Positions 18,347 to 27,613 of a DNA stretch of 64,000 bases are shown here, in pieces. Position 1 is the stretch's first letter. Every line of letters starts with the position of its first letter. The translations under genes and the position numbers were made by a program. The DNA is from Acidimicrobiaceae bacterium (lineage in GTDB: Bacteria > Actinomycetota > Acidimicrobiia > Acidimicrobiales > Palsa-688), in the NCBI GenBank assembly GCA_027391075.1, contig DAHYHI010000079.1, positions 1 through 64,000 of the forward strand. The letters are read 5' to 3'. The notes beneath the pieces are model-generated. The model did no database searches, was not told where the DNA came from, and was given only the letters and a program-made list of their open reading frames with translations.

Positions 18347-21124
18347 TCAGGAGCGACGTCGGGGCCTTGCCGGGGCGACCATCCTTCCTTCGCACCAAAA
18401 GTGCAGTAAGGCAGGGGGCATCGGCCGTGCGATCAGGAATCCCTGGAGAGCGTCCGTGCCGATCTCCCGTAGTGCTTCGAGCTGCTCGGGAGTCTCCACC
18501 CCCTCGGACACGGTGGTCATATCGAGGCTTCGGGCGAGGTCGCTTATCAACCGAACCAGACAGGCGGCGTCGCTGTCGGTAACGCCCGACACGAAGGAGC
18601 GGTCGATCTTGATCGTGTCCACCGGCAGGTGGCGTAGATGAGCGAGCGACGTGTAGCCGGTTCCGAAGTCGTCGACGGCCACTCCGAACCCGAGATCGTG
18701 GACCTCCCGTAGCTGTGACGCCACCGATTCGAGGTCGTTGAGTATCACCGTCTCGGTGATCTCCAAGGTGATCCGGTTCGGTGTCACCCCGGTGGCGTCG
18801 ACAGCGGAGCGCAGGTCGCTTATGAGGCGTTTGCCCCGCAGGTGGCGGCCTGAGATGTTCACGGCGACGTTCAGCGAGCCGAGCACGGGATGGTCGTCCC
18901 ATTGGCGCATCTGGCGCATCACCGCGCGCAGTACCCAGTTGTCCAAGTCGACTATAAGGTCGCTCGCCTCTGCGAGAGGTATGAACTCTCCCGGTGACAT
19001 CGGCCCGTGATCAGCCCGCTGCCAGCGGATCAAAGCTTCGAGGCCGCAGAGCTCCATGTGAGTGCTGACAAGGGGTTGGTAAAACAGCGTGAGGCCGCTG
19101 GCGTCTCCGGCTAACTCGTCGCGGAGGTCGCGCTCCACGCCGTCGCTAATGGCCAGACGTTGCTGCACTTGTTCGTCGAACACTCCTATCGACGAGCCGC
19201 CGCGCTGCTTGGCCTGGTAGAGCGCAAGGTCGGCGCGGGCCAGCAGGTCGAGAGCGCCGACACCGGCGCCTGCGCTCAGGGCTATACCCACACACGTGCC
19301 GACTTCGAGGTTGAGCGCTTCCCACTTCACTGGCTCGGAGAGGCAGGCTACGAAACGCAGGGCCAGGTACTCCGCCTCGCGAAGTGAGGAGATCCCGTCG
19401 GCTACGACTACGAACTCGTCGCCGCCTATTCGAGCGACCAAGTCGTGGCTTCGGGTCGTCGAAATCAGGCGTCGCCCTACCTGGCGTAGAACGTGATCTC
19501 CGCAGCGATGGCCGTGAAGGTCGTTGGCTCGCTTGAAGTTGTCAAGGTCCATGTAGAACACGGCGACAGCTCTCGGGTGCTCACCGGCGCGTTCGAGCAG
19601 GCGCTCAAGGTGGTCTACTAACGCGGAGCGGTTGGTCAGTCCCGTGAGCGCGTCGTGGGTGGCTTCGAAGGCGAGCCGTTCCTGCAGTTCGGTGCGTTCG
19701 CGCACGGAGTCGGCGAGGGCTCGGAAGGAGCCCTGAAGGGCGGCCCCTATACGCCCCGGCAGCGGAGAGTCGAGCAGCTCGTTGTCGAGGTCGCATCTCG
19801 ACAACGCCTCGCTTTTAGCCTCGAGGAGGCGAAGGTTGGACATCAACGAGTTGAAGGCGTCCGCAACCAGGACGGTCTCGCGAGGCCCGACCGGTGCGAG
19901 GTACTCGACCTCAAGGCTCCCGCGCACGACCGCAAGAGCGGCACCAGCGAGGCGCTCCAGGGGATTCGAGATGCCCCGAGCGACGGTAACCGCACCGCCG
20001 AGCGCGAGCACGACAGCCAAGGCGACTACGGAAAGCCACAGCCAGAACCTGAAGGCGGCAGCCGCGGACAGTGCGCTTATGGCGTCAAGCGAGGACACGG
20101 CTGCTTTCGCCGACAGGCCTTGGAGTGTCGACCAGTAGCCGCCGGTGGAAGAAAGGCCTGCTGCGAACGATGCAGCGCTGAGAGAGCTTCCTCCACTTGC
20201 CGGCCCGCCCGGCTGCGCCAGCGAGGACACTCGGGTTACAAGGTCCCCGAAGACGCTGTAGGAACTGCTCGCAGTGAAGGCCTTCCAATTTGCCTCGAGC
20301 GCAGCCACCCCAGAGTTCGCCAGCGACTGGCCGGCCAAGTCGAACTCGCCTTGCGATCGCGCCAGCGCCAAAACCGCCGCCGGCCGCTGCGCCACCGGCG
20401 ACGACCACGCTTCGCTCAACATCCTGAGCTGGCCGGTCGAAGTCTCGACCGCTCCGAGGACATCGACGGAAGCCAGCAGACTGAGCGCGGTCCTCTGTTC
20501 CGCAGGGACGCTCAAGATTAGATCGCCGGCGTTCAGGAGCAGCTGAGAGGCCCAGCTTTCTGCCGCCGCGAATGCCTCTCCAGACAGGCGGATCTCTCCG
20601 CCGAGGGTTGCCGATCCGTCGGCAAGTTGCGCTCTTTGCGTGTAGAGGGGGGCGGACACCTTCTGTGCCTCTGACAGCGGCATCGAGCTAAGCGCCATGT
20701 CCGTGGCCTGTTGGGCTGACGTCAGCTTCTTGGTGATGACACCGACGAGCTGAGCGGAGCTGTTCGAGGCGGGGCCCGGAGACCGCGCGAGTGTAACTTC
20801 GGCGAGTGAATAGGACTCCTCGGCCGCGACGTCGGCGTCGAGTTGCATCGACTGGCCGGCGGCTCTGACGGCGGCCTGCGCAGCCCTCGTCGTGTCCATC
20901 TGGCTATGCGCGGTGGCGACCACGGGTGCCGACAGGGCGACGAGTGCTGCCAGCGGAATTATCGCTATCAGAACGAGCCGGGTACGCACACCGGACCTCA
21001 CTCCCAGGTGAGCCGTCGCCGCGAGGCGGTCACTCCGGCGGCGGCTGAACTCTGCGATCAGGCGCGCCACCGCAGATCGGTAGCCGCCTGGTGTAACTTC
21101 ACGGCCGCCGGGGAATCCGATCAT
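18347..21124 (-). CDS. membrane sensor diguanylate cyclase/phosphodiesterase (extracytoplasmic sensor, GGDEF, EAL)
   Basis: 925 aa; two TM segments flanking an about 300-aa Ala/Ser-rich extracytoplasmic region; GGDEF (ARIGGDEFVVV) and EAL (EALIRW) motifs. Confidence 0.85.
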   Translation of the reverse strand: MIGFPGGREVTPGGYRSAVARLIAEFSRRRSDRLAATAHLGVRSGVRTRLVLIAIIPLAALVALSAPVVATAHSQMDTTRAAQAAVRAAGQSMQLDADVAAEESYSLAEVTLARSPGPASNSSAQLVGVITKKLTSAQQATDMALSSMPLSEAQKVSAPLYTQRAQLADGSATLGGEIRLSGEAFAAAESWASQLLLNAGDLILSVPAEQRTALSLLASVDVLGAVETSTGQLRMLSEAWSSPVAQRPAAVLALARSQGEFDLAGQSLANSGVAALEANWKAFTASSSYSVFGDLVTRVSSLAQPGGPASGGSSLSAASFAAGLSSTGGYWSTLQGLSAKAAVSSLDAISALSAAAAFRFWLWLSVVALAVVLALGGAVTVARGISNPLERLAGAALAVVRGSLEVEYLAPVGPRETVLVADAFNSLMSNLRLLEAKSEALSRCDLDNELLDSPLPGRIGAALQGSFRALADSVRERTELQERLAFEATHDALTGLTNRSALVDHLERLLERAGEHPRAVAVFYMDLDNFKRANDLHGHRCGDHVLRQVGRRLISTTRSHDLVARIGGDEFVVVADGISSLREAEYLALRFVACLSEPVKWEALNLEVGTCVGIALSAGAGVGALDLLARADLALYQAKQRGGSSIGVFDEQVQQRLAISDGVERDLRDELAGDASGLTLFYQPLVSTHMELCGLEALIRWQRADHGPMSPGEFIPLAEASDLIVDLDNWVLRAVMRQMRQWDDHPVLGSLNVAVNISGRHLRGKRLISDLRSAVDATGVTPNRITLEITETVILNDLESVASQLREVHDLGFGVAVDDFGTGYTSLAHLRHLPVDTIKIDRSFVSGVTDSDAACLVRLISDLARSLDMTTVSEGVETPEQLEALREIGTDALQGFLIARPMPPALLHFWCEGRMVAPARPRRRS

Positions 21125-23670
21125 CGGGAGGCTTCGGGGCCGGACATCGCTGGCTCCCGCAGCAGCGGCCCGCTGTGGGAACCGCCGCCGCTCCTGCGGT
21201 TCGCCGGGCTGCGTTCCACGCGTCGGCGTGCGTAAAGATCCTGGTCGGAGCGGTCGATGAGGTTGGCGATGCTGTCGCTGTCACCTCGATGCGTGGAGGT
21301 TCCTGCGCTCGCCGACAACTTGTAGGGGCGCCCTCTGGTGGTGGCGTGGTCGGCGAGTCTCAAGCGCAGCGCTGCGCTCAGAGCGTCAGGGTCTGGTGTC
21401 GCAAGGCTAGTAAGGACGTACATCTCGTCCCCGCCTAGGCGGGCGAAGAGACTGCCGGCGGGAAACGCCGAGGCGATGACGGTGGCGACGTCGACGATAG
21501 CCTGGTCTCCGCTCTCGTGGCCGAGCGTATCGTTGATGGTTTTCAGCCCGTCGAGGTCTATGAAGACGCCCGTGGTGACCTGGCCTTGAATCTGGTTGCG
21601 TCTTATCAGCTCGGGTCCTGCGGCCAGCAGGCCGCGCCGGTTCAGCAGGCCCGTCAGGGGGTCGATGAAAGCCTGACGGCGCAGTTCCAACTCCATGCGT
21701 TGACGTTCGCTCAGGTCGACGACGTGTATCAGGTAAAACAGCGAGCTGTCGTCTTCTTCGATGACGCTCCCCGCGACGTGCACCGGTATCGCGCCTGACC
21801 CTCGGTGCTCGAGGGTCAGGTCGCACGAGTACACGTAGTCCGGGCGGCGCCGCAGGCTCGCAACCCAGCGCAGAGCGCTGCGACGGTCAGCGGAGGAGAC
21901 CAAGTCGATGGCGGTCGTCCCAGCGGCGGGATCCTCGAAGCCAAGGAGGGTCTCGAACGCGCTGTTACAGGAGTGGATCTTGCCCGCCGGATCGACGATC
22001 AACATCCCGATCGGGGCCTGCTCGAAGGCGGTCCGGAAGCGCTTCTGGGAGCGCAGCAGTTCGCTCAGTTGATCCAGGCGGGGGTTCAGTCCGTCGTCGT
22101 AGGAATCGTCATAGGGGTCGGTGGAAGGCTCGGAGGACTTTCTGGTGTGCCCGACAGGGGTATCCCAAGCCTGAGCTAGGGCGTCCGGGCAGACCGATCC
22201 GAAGTGGACCGGGGCTACGTCGCGCAGGTACCTTGCGTGGCTGGGAGGGTTGGCTCCCAAGGTCCAAGGCGCTGCAGGGATCGGCTGGCCGGCCGCGACC
22301 TCTGCGAGGACGAGGCGGACTGCTTCGGGATGCCACCGCAAGCCGGACCCGTCGAGAAGCGCCCGGCGGGCCTGCTCGGCTCCGATCCCGTTGCGATAAG
22401 AGCGGTCGTGGACCATGGCGTCCCACGCATCACAGGCAGCCACCAAGAAAGCTTCGAAAGGCAAGCCGACGGAGGTCCAGGCAGCCGGACCGGTACCCGC
22501 CGGCGCTGTCCCGGCTGCGTCGAAGCGCTCGTGTTGGTAGCGCACGATCTCAGCCACGCCGGCGAGCACGGGTGAGCCTCGTAGGATCGCGGCGCCACTT
22601 TCGGCGCGCATGCTTGGCCCGGTAGCCTTGCGGGCTGGACCGAGCGTTGCGACAGGCGCAGAGCTCGTAGCCGGCGCGAGCGAAGCGATGTCGTGGAGGA
22701 CGCCGGCGATCCCGGCGTCTCTTATGCGACGGGCGGGCAGCCCGGCCCGCTCGGCGACTCTGGTGGCAAGCTCTCCGACGCGCAGAGCGTGGTCGTGGGT
22801 GTAGGGCTCCCGATTGCATAGAACCTCGGCGAACTCTGCAACCTCGCGCGACGTGCAAACTTCCAGAGCGCTGAGAGGATCGTGGTTCAGTGCCACCCCA
22901 AGGACGGCGGTGACGACCGCCCCGTCTTTTGCCAGCGAGATCCCGGCGGTGGTCACGGCAGCGAAACCGATCAGCTCCAAGGTCCATTCAGCCCACCATG
23001 ACGCCGATCCCACCGAGGCGTAGCCGGAGGCTAGGCGGATGGCCGCGATGCCAGCAATGGAGGTTGCCACCACCACGAAGCGCCGATCGCCGCTGGCCCC
23101 GTGCAGGCGCAGGAGCCGGGCGGCCAGAGCGGCGGCGCCGATCGCTCCGAAAGCTTCCTGCACGCCGGCGCCAACGGTGCCTCCCGCCGGCAGCCACGCC
23201 GGCTGGTAAATCCATGCGGCGGCGCTACCTGCGCCGAGCGTGACCAGGGTAAGCACAGACCAGCCCTTCCAGTGGCGCCCTAGGATCCGACCCGGTGTCG
23301 AGGCGCCGAGCAGCATGGGGGTCAAAAGCAGCGCAGCGGCCGGCAGGGCAGCCGCTTCGGCGCTGAACGACAGCGCCGTTCCTGTCTTAATGAACCCCGG
23401 CGTAGAGATGCTTTGAAGGACGCTGAGGGAGGCGAGGGCGCTCATGGCCGCCCCTACGAGGGCCAACTCCGCCAGCGCAGCGCGCCACGCGAAGACAAGC
23501 AGTGATATCGAAGCGAGCAGGCACACCGCCATGGCGACTGCGGGCACGGCGGCGATCACGGGCAACTCGCCGAAGCGGCCGTGCAGCGCAGCGCCGCGGG
23601 GAAGCGATATCACCGCTGTCGCAGCCGCCGCAACCAACGATACGTAGAACCTGTAGAAGCTCCGACCCAC
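21121..23670 (-). CDS. polytopic membrane protein with degenerate HD-GYP-like domain, PAS domain and GGDEF-type domain (GGDEM variant)
   Basis: 849 aa; about 8 predicted TM helices; HDHALRV...LHDIAS...RYQHERFDAAG...ACDAWDAMVHDRSYR (HD-GYP layout with GYP replaced); PAS-like segment (QAPIGMLIVDPAGKIHSCNSAFE); GGDEF domain with RLGGDEMYVL; 4-nt overlap with the downstream GGDEF-EAL gene. Confidence 0.75.
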   Translation of the reverse strand: MGRSFYRFYVSLVAAAATAVISLPRGAALHGRFGELPVIAAVPAVAMAVCLLASISLLVFAWRAALAELALVGAAMSALASLSVLQSISTPGFIKTGTALSFSAEAAALPAAALLLTPMLLGASTPGRILGRHWKGWSVLTLVTLGAGSAAAWIYQPAWLPAGGTVGAGVQEAFGAIGAAALAARLLRLHGASGDRRFVVVATSIAGIAAIRLASGYASVGSASWWAEWTLELIGFAAVTTAGISLAKDGAVVTAVLGVALNHDPLSALEVCTSREVAEFAEVLCNREPYTHDHALRVGELATRVAERAGLPARRIRDAGIAGVLHDIASLAPATSSAPVATLGPARKATGPSMRAESGAAILRGSPVLAGVAEIVRYQHERFDAAGTAPAGTGPAAWTSVGLPFEAFLVAACDAWDAMVHDRSYRNGIGAEQARRALLDGSGLRWHPEAVRLVLAEVAAGQPIPAAPWTLGANPPSHARYLRDVAPVHFGSVCPDALAQAWDTPVGHTRKSSEPSTDPYDDSYDDGLNPRLDQLSELLRSQKRFRTAFEQAPIGMLIVDPAGKIHSCNSAFETLLGFEDPAAGTTAIDLVSSADRRSALRWVASLRRRPDYVYSCDLTLEHRGSGAIPVHVAGSVIEEDDSSLFYLIHVVDLSERQRMELELRRQAFIDPLTGLLNRRGLLAAGPELIRRNQIQGQVTTGVFIDLDGLKTINDTLGHESGDQAIVDVATVIASAFPAGSLFARLGGDEMYVLTSLATPDPDALSAALRLRLADHATTRGRPYKLSASAGTSTHRGDSDSIANLIDRSDQDLYARRRVERSPANRRSGGGSHSGPLLREPAMSGPEASR

Positions 23671-23684
23671 ATCAGGCGCATCGG

Positions 23685-23699
23685 AGCCCCGTCGGGGCT
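23685..23699. terminator. short GC hairpin (AGCCCC-gtc-GGGGCT) between the GntR 3' end and the upstream sensor gene
   Basis: inverted repeat seen directly; no U-tract. Confidence 0.15.
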
Positions 23700-23773
23700 A
23701 CTTGAGCAGGGGGAAGTAGCCGAAGGCTGTATCGCCTGGGAGAGCCGGCAGCCCCAGTAGGGCCGTGGGATGT

Positions 23774-24568
23774 CTAGACGGCCTGGTTAGTCTCGGGGGC
23801 GGAGGAAGATTTGGTCTTCACCCGCCTTGCCGTACGCCCCAGGTGCCTCGACATGATGCCCCTGGCGGCGTCTACGTCGTGGGCTGTCACCGCTTCTACC
23901 AGAGCCCGGTGCTCGGCCACTCCGGGCCGGCCCATCCTCGGTGCGACCGCCTGGGCCTCCTCCAATGAGTGGCGCAGCGGAACTTGGAGAGACTCGACCA
24001 AGAAGCTGAGCGGGCGGTTGTGTGCCGCCACTGCGAAGCGGATGTGAAACTCTGTAGAGAACTTGACGTCGTGGTGACCGGCCGCTAGGGCGGCCTCAGC
24101 CCTGTCGCAGATGTCGTTTAGCTCTTCGATGTCCTTCGCTGTGGCTCGCTCGCAGACCAGTGGGACCAAGCCCATCTCTAGGACCATTCGGGCTTCGGTC
24201 ACCTCGTCAGCGTGGAGGGCTGCCATCGAAAGCATGTCTGTGATGCCCTCGCCGATCTTGGCGCTGGTGGGCATTTTCACGAAAGCGCCCCCACGGGCAC
24301 CGACTTTGGTGTCGATCATGCCGGCTCCCTCCAAGAGGCGCAGGGCGTCTCTCACGGTGACCCTGCTCACGCCGAACTGCTGGCAGAGGTCCCGCTCAGA
24401 TGGAAGCCTGTCGCCGGGCCGTAGCTGACCTTCCCGGACCAGACCGCGAATTTGGTCTGCTATCAGTTCTGAAATGCGCCCCGATGCAACCGGTGTGAAC
24501 AAGCTGACACTGGTTGCTAACTCCTCGGCGGAGCGACCGTCGACGTCGTCTGTGAGCTCCACGACCAA
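23774..24568 (-). CDS. GntR-family (FadR/FCD subfamily) transcriptional regulator
   Basis: 264 aa; N-terminal wHTH (LPSERDLCQQFGVSRVTVRDALRLLEGAGMI) and helical FCD-like C-terminus. Confidence 0.85.
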   Translation of the reverse strand: MVVELTDDVDGRSAEELATSVSLFTPVASGRISELIADQIRGLVREGQLRPGDRLPSERDLCQQFGVSRVTVRDALRLLEGAGMIDTKVGARGGAFVKMPTSAKIGEGITDMLSMAALHADEVTEARMVLEMGLVPLVCERATAKDIEELNDICDRAEAALAAGHHDVKFSTEFHIRFAVAAHNRPLSFLVESLQVPLRHSLEEAQAVAPRMGRPGVAEHRALVEAVTAHDVDAARGIMSRHLGRTARRVKTKSSSAPETNQAV

Positions 24569-24622
24569 GAGCCTAGGCCACAGCCCACCCCGCCACCTAA
24601 TGCGCCGAGTTCAACAGGCATA

Positions 24623-24641
24623 TGGTATGATAATCGGACCA
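24623..24641. promoter_or_regulatory. candidate GntR operator (TGGT-N11-ACCA imperfect palindrome) in the divergent gntR/fdx intergenic region
   Basis: tggtatgataatcggacca; AT-richer than surroundings; between divergent starts. Confidence 0.25.
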
Positions 24642-24700
24642 GCCCCTGGCTGGTGTGACCAAGGCGTGCCCACGACAGGGGCGGAGACTTCGAGGACTGG

Positions 24701-24901
24701 ATGGCCGTGAAAGTAGTGGTGGACCTGGACAAGTGCCTCGGCTACGCGAACTGCGTGGCTGACGCACCAGAGGTGTTCGAAATACCGGAGGAGGCGCTGA
24801 TCGTCAGGCTATTGCAAGACAGCCCCGGCGAAGAACTTCGCTCCGCTGTCGAAGCGGCAGCTCTTGACTGCCCAGCTCGCGCCATAACAATTCTCGGCTA
24901 G
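24701..24901 (+). CDS. small [3Fe-4S]-type ferredoxin
   Basis: 66 aa; CxxxxxC...CP cluster motif (CLGYANC ... DCPARAI). Confidence 0.8.
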   Translation: MAVKVVVDLDKCLGYANCVADAPEVFEIPEEALIVRLLQDSPGEELRSAVEAAALDCPARAITILG

Positions 24902-24962
24902 CTGGAGGACGCCGAGTGCGCCACTGCGCTCCAATCAACCGCTTTTCGAAAAGGGAGGACTG

Positions 24963-26249
24963 ATGCTCACACACGCAAACAACGAGTTGCTCACCAGAAC
25001 CGGGCCGGGGACGCCGATGGGCGACCTTTTCCGTCGGTACTGGATGCCGGCCCTGCTCGCCGAGGAGCTACCCGAGAACGACTGCCCCCCGGTGCGGGTC
25101 AAGATCCTCTCGGAGCGCCTGGTGGCTTTCCGGGACACCCAAGGGCGTTACGGGCTCATCGACGAGTTCTGCGCCCACAGGGGCGCCTCGCTGTGGTTCG
25201 GTCGTAACGAGGAGTCGGGACTGCGCTGCCCGTATCACGGCTTTAAGTTCGACGTGACCGGACAGTGCGTCGAGGTGCCCGCCGAGCCACCTGGGAGCAC
25301 TTTCTGCGAGCGGGTCAAGATGACCGCGTACCCGCTCGTCAAGGTCGGCGACATCCTCTGGACCTATATGGGCCCGTCGGAGTCGACCCCCGACCTTCCC
25401 GAATACGAGTTTGCGACCGTCCCCCCGGAGCAGTCTTTCACTTCGAAGCGCTGGCAGGAGTGTAACTGGCTTCAGGCGTTGGAAGGCGGGATCGACTCCA
25501 GCCACGTTTCGTTCTTGCACTCCTCGGGCCTTCGTGACGACCCGCTGTTCAAAGGGTCGGTAGGCAACATCTACAACCTGAACGACCTGAGGCCGCACTT
25601 CGAGGTCGTCGACGTGGAAGGGGGCCTGCTCATCGGTGCGAGGCGCAACGCCGAGGAGGGAAACTTCTACTGGAGGGTGACGCCCTGGGTGCTCCCGAAC
25701 TTCACGATGGTCCCACCCCGCGCCGATCACCCGGTGCACGGCCACTTCTGGGTACCGATCGACGACGAGAACTGCTGGGTCTACACGTTCGACTATCACC
25801 CGGCGCGACCACTGGCCGAGGCAGAGCTCGATGCGATGAAAGCCGGAAACGGCGTGCACAACGAGTACGTGCCGGGTACTTACCGGCCTCTCGCCAACAA
25901 GGACAACGACTACCTCATAGACCGCGAGGCCCAACGCCGGGGCGACACCTACTCGGGTGTGAAGGGTATAGCGATCCAAGACGGCTCCCTCCAAGAAAGC
26001 ATGGGTCCCATCGTCGACCGCACCAAGGAGCGGCTTGTGGCCACCGACGTCGGTATCGTCAAAGCCCGTCACAAGCTTCGTCAGGCGGCACTCGCTCTCA
26101 AAGAGAACGGGACTGTCCCGCCTGGAGTCGAGACGGCCCACCAACGGGTGCGCTCGTTCGCCGCAGTAGCGCCCGTCGACGTCCCCCTCGAGGAGCTTGC
26201 CCCCGAAGCGACGACGGTACGGCCGGGGGTGGCCCACGTCTCGGTCTGA
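24963..26249 (+). CDS. Rieske [2Fe-2S] non-haem-iron oxygenase, alpha (catalytic) subunit, alpha-only type
   Basis: 428 aa; Rieske motif CAHRGASLW...CPYHGF; downstream mononuclear-iron catalytic domain; no beta-subunit gene. Confidence 0.8.
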   Translation: MLTHANNELLTRTGPGTPMGDLFRRYWMPALLAEELPENDCPPVRVKILSERLVAFRDTQGRYGLIDEFCAHRGASLWFGRNEESGLRCPYHGFKFDVTGQCVEVPAEPPGSTFCERVKMTAYPLVKVGDILWTYMGPSESTPDLPEYEFATVPPEQSFTSKRWQECNWLQALEGGIDSSHVSFLHSSGLRDDPLFKGSVGNIYNLNDLRPHFEVVDVEGGLLIGARRNAEEGNFYWRVTPWVLPNFTMVPPRADHPVHGHFWVPIDDENCWVYTFDYHPARPLAEAELDAMKAGNGVHNEYVPGTYRPLANKDNDYLIDREAQRRGDTYSGVKGIAIQDGSLQESMGPIVDRTKERLVATDVGIVKARHKLRQAALALKENGTVPPGVETAHQRVRSFAAVAPVDVPLEELAPEATTVRPGVAHVSV

Positions 26250-26289
26250 GCGGGTGGCAAACCGCCCTATCCTCGCCAACAGTTGCGCC

Positions 26290-26748
26290 ATGGCGACGAC
26301 GTCACGCGAGGCAGCTTTTCGGATACCGGCGCCGGTGGTCTGCGAACGATCTACCATCCTGGTCGCTTTGGACCCGCCGGCAGTTCCCGTGGCGTCGTCG
26401 TGTCGGTCGAAGCTCTCCGACCGCCTAGCGGTATTCGTAGCCGGTGGCGTGGGAGGTGAGCCGGCTGTCGTGTCCGACATGGACGGCAATCCCTTCGACG
26501 CGCACGAAGCGCTTAGCGGTGTGGATTTGGCCGTACTAGTGGCCTCCTTGGACGACTCGGCGCAAAGCGCAGCACTTCTCGGCAGGACAGCCGTCGAGGC
26601 TGGAGCGACAGTCGCAGGGATCGTGCTCGCCGGTATCGACAGCCCGCCCCGGGCTGTCCTGAGCGAGATGCGTCGTTACTGCCATATGGTGCTGGTGTCG
26701 TCAGGTCCCGACGATCTAAGCGAGGTACTCCTCGCTTTGAGAGCGTGA
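26290..26748 (+). CDS. hypothetical protein (possible Rossmann-like small protein), uncertain
   Basis: about 152-aa ORF in an otherwise unexplained 0.5-kb gap, in the same orientation between the Rieske oxygenase and PanB-like genes; GC3-rich; no recognisable motif. Confidence 0.3.
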   Translation: MATTSREAAFRIPAPVVCERSTILVALDPPAVPVASSCRSKLSDRLAVFVAGGVGGEPAVVSDMDGNPFDAHEALSGVDLAVLVASLDDSAQSAALLGRTAVEAGATVAGIVLAGIDSPPRAVLSEMRRYCHMVLVSSGPDDLSEVLLALRA

Positions 26749-26764
26749 TCCGCGTGGGACAGCC

Positions 26765-27580
26765 GTGACCAACGTGTCGGTCGGGGACCTGATCTCCGCC
26801 AAGCGAGATGGCCGCAAACTCGTCGGGGTTGTAGCGTGGGATTACCAGATGGCGCGCATCGCCGACCGCGTCGGCGTAGACATCGTGTCGGTCGGCGACT
26901 CCGTAGGGACGAACCTGTGGGGGCGGGCCAACCCTCTCGACATGACGCTCGACGAGATGATCGTCGTTTGCAGGGCCGTGCGATCCGGGGTGAAGCGGGC
27001 GATCTTGAGCTGTGATTTCCCCTACGGGCCACTCCAGGAAGGGCCCCGCGAGGCGGTCAGAGCAGCGTTGCGTCTCGTAAAAGAGGGTGGTGCTGATATG
27101 GTCAAGCTTGACGGTGCCGCTGACTTCACCGATGGGGTCGAAGCGGTCGTGCGCGCAGGTATACCCGTATTCGCACAGTTCGGCATCACTCCTCAAACGG
27201 CCCTACGCCACGGTGTCGCATATGCGAACGCAGCGGCACCGGACGCGATCGTGTCGACTGAGCTCGCCGACGAGATGCTCGCCCAGGCGAGAGCACTGCA
27301 GAGCGCGGGGGCGGCAGTGCTCGACTTCACCAACTCGGGCCCGACCGTGGGACCAGCCGTAGTGGCAGGGGTGTCTATACCGGTTATGGGTGGTTTCGGC
27401 GGCGGCCCATGGCTGGATGGCCGGGTAAGGATGGCCCATGCCGCGATTGGCTATTCCGCCGACGGCATAGACGAGCCACCGGACACATATGCCAACGTCG
27501 CCCGCATCGCATTCGAAGCGCTGAGCGAATACGCTGACGACGTCAGAGCGTCCAAGCAGATCCGCGGTCAGCGCCGCTGA
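26765..27580 (+). CDS. PanB-family protein (3-methyl-2-oxobutanoate hydroxymethyltransferase-like)
   Basis: 271 aa; collinear with E. coli PanB motifs (VGDSVG, CDFPYG, MVKLDG, FGITPQT, IPVMGGFGGG). Confidence 0.7.
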   Translation: MTNVSVGDLISAKRDGRKLVGVVAWDYQMARIADRVGVDIVSVGDSVGTNLWGRANPLDMTLDEMIVVCRAVRSGVKRAILSCDFPYGPLQEGPREAVRAALRLVKEGGADMVKLDGAADFTDGVEAVVRAGIPVFAQFGITPQTALRHGVAYANAAAPDAIVSTELADEMLAQARALQSAGAAVLDFTNSGPTVGPAVVAGVSIPVMGGFGGGPWLDGRVRMAHAAIGYSADGIDEPPDTYANVARIAFEALSEYADDVRASKQIRGQRR

Positions 27581-27613
27581 CAGCGTCGTTGCGCAGCATT
27601 GGGGTGGCAGGGT

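Noticed and set aside
19655-20521. 288-aa plus-strand ORF
   Set aside because: Antisense within the GGDEF-EAL sensor gene; low-complexity Arg/Gly-rich.
25068-26489. 473-aa minus-strand ORF
   Set aside because: Antisense to the Rieske oxygenase gene; no recognisable domain.
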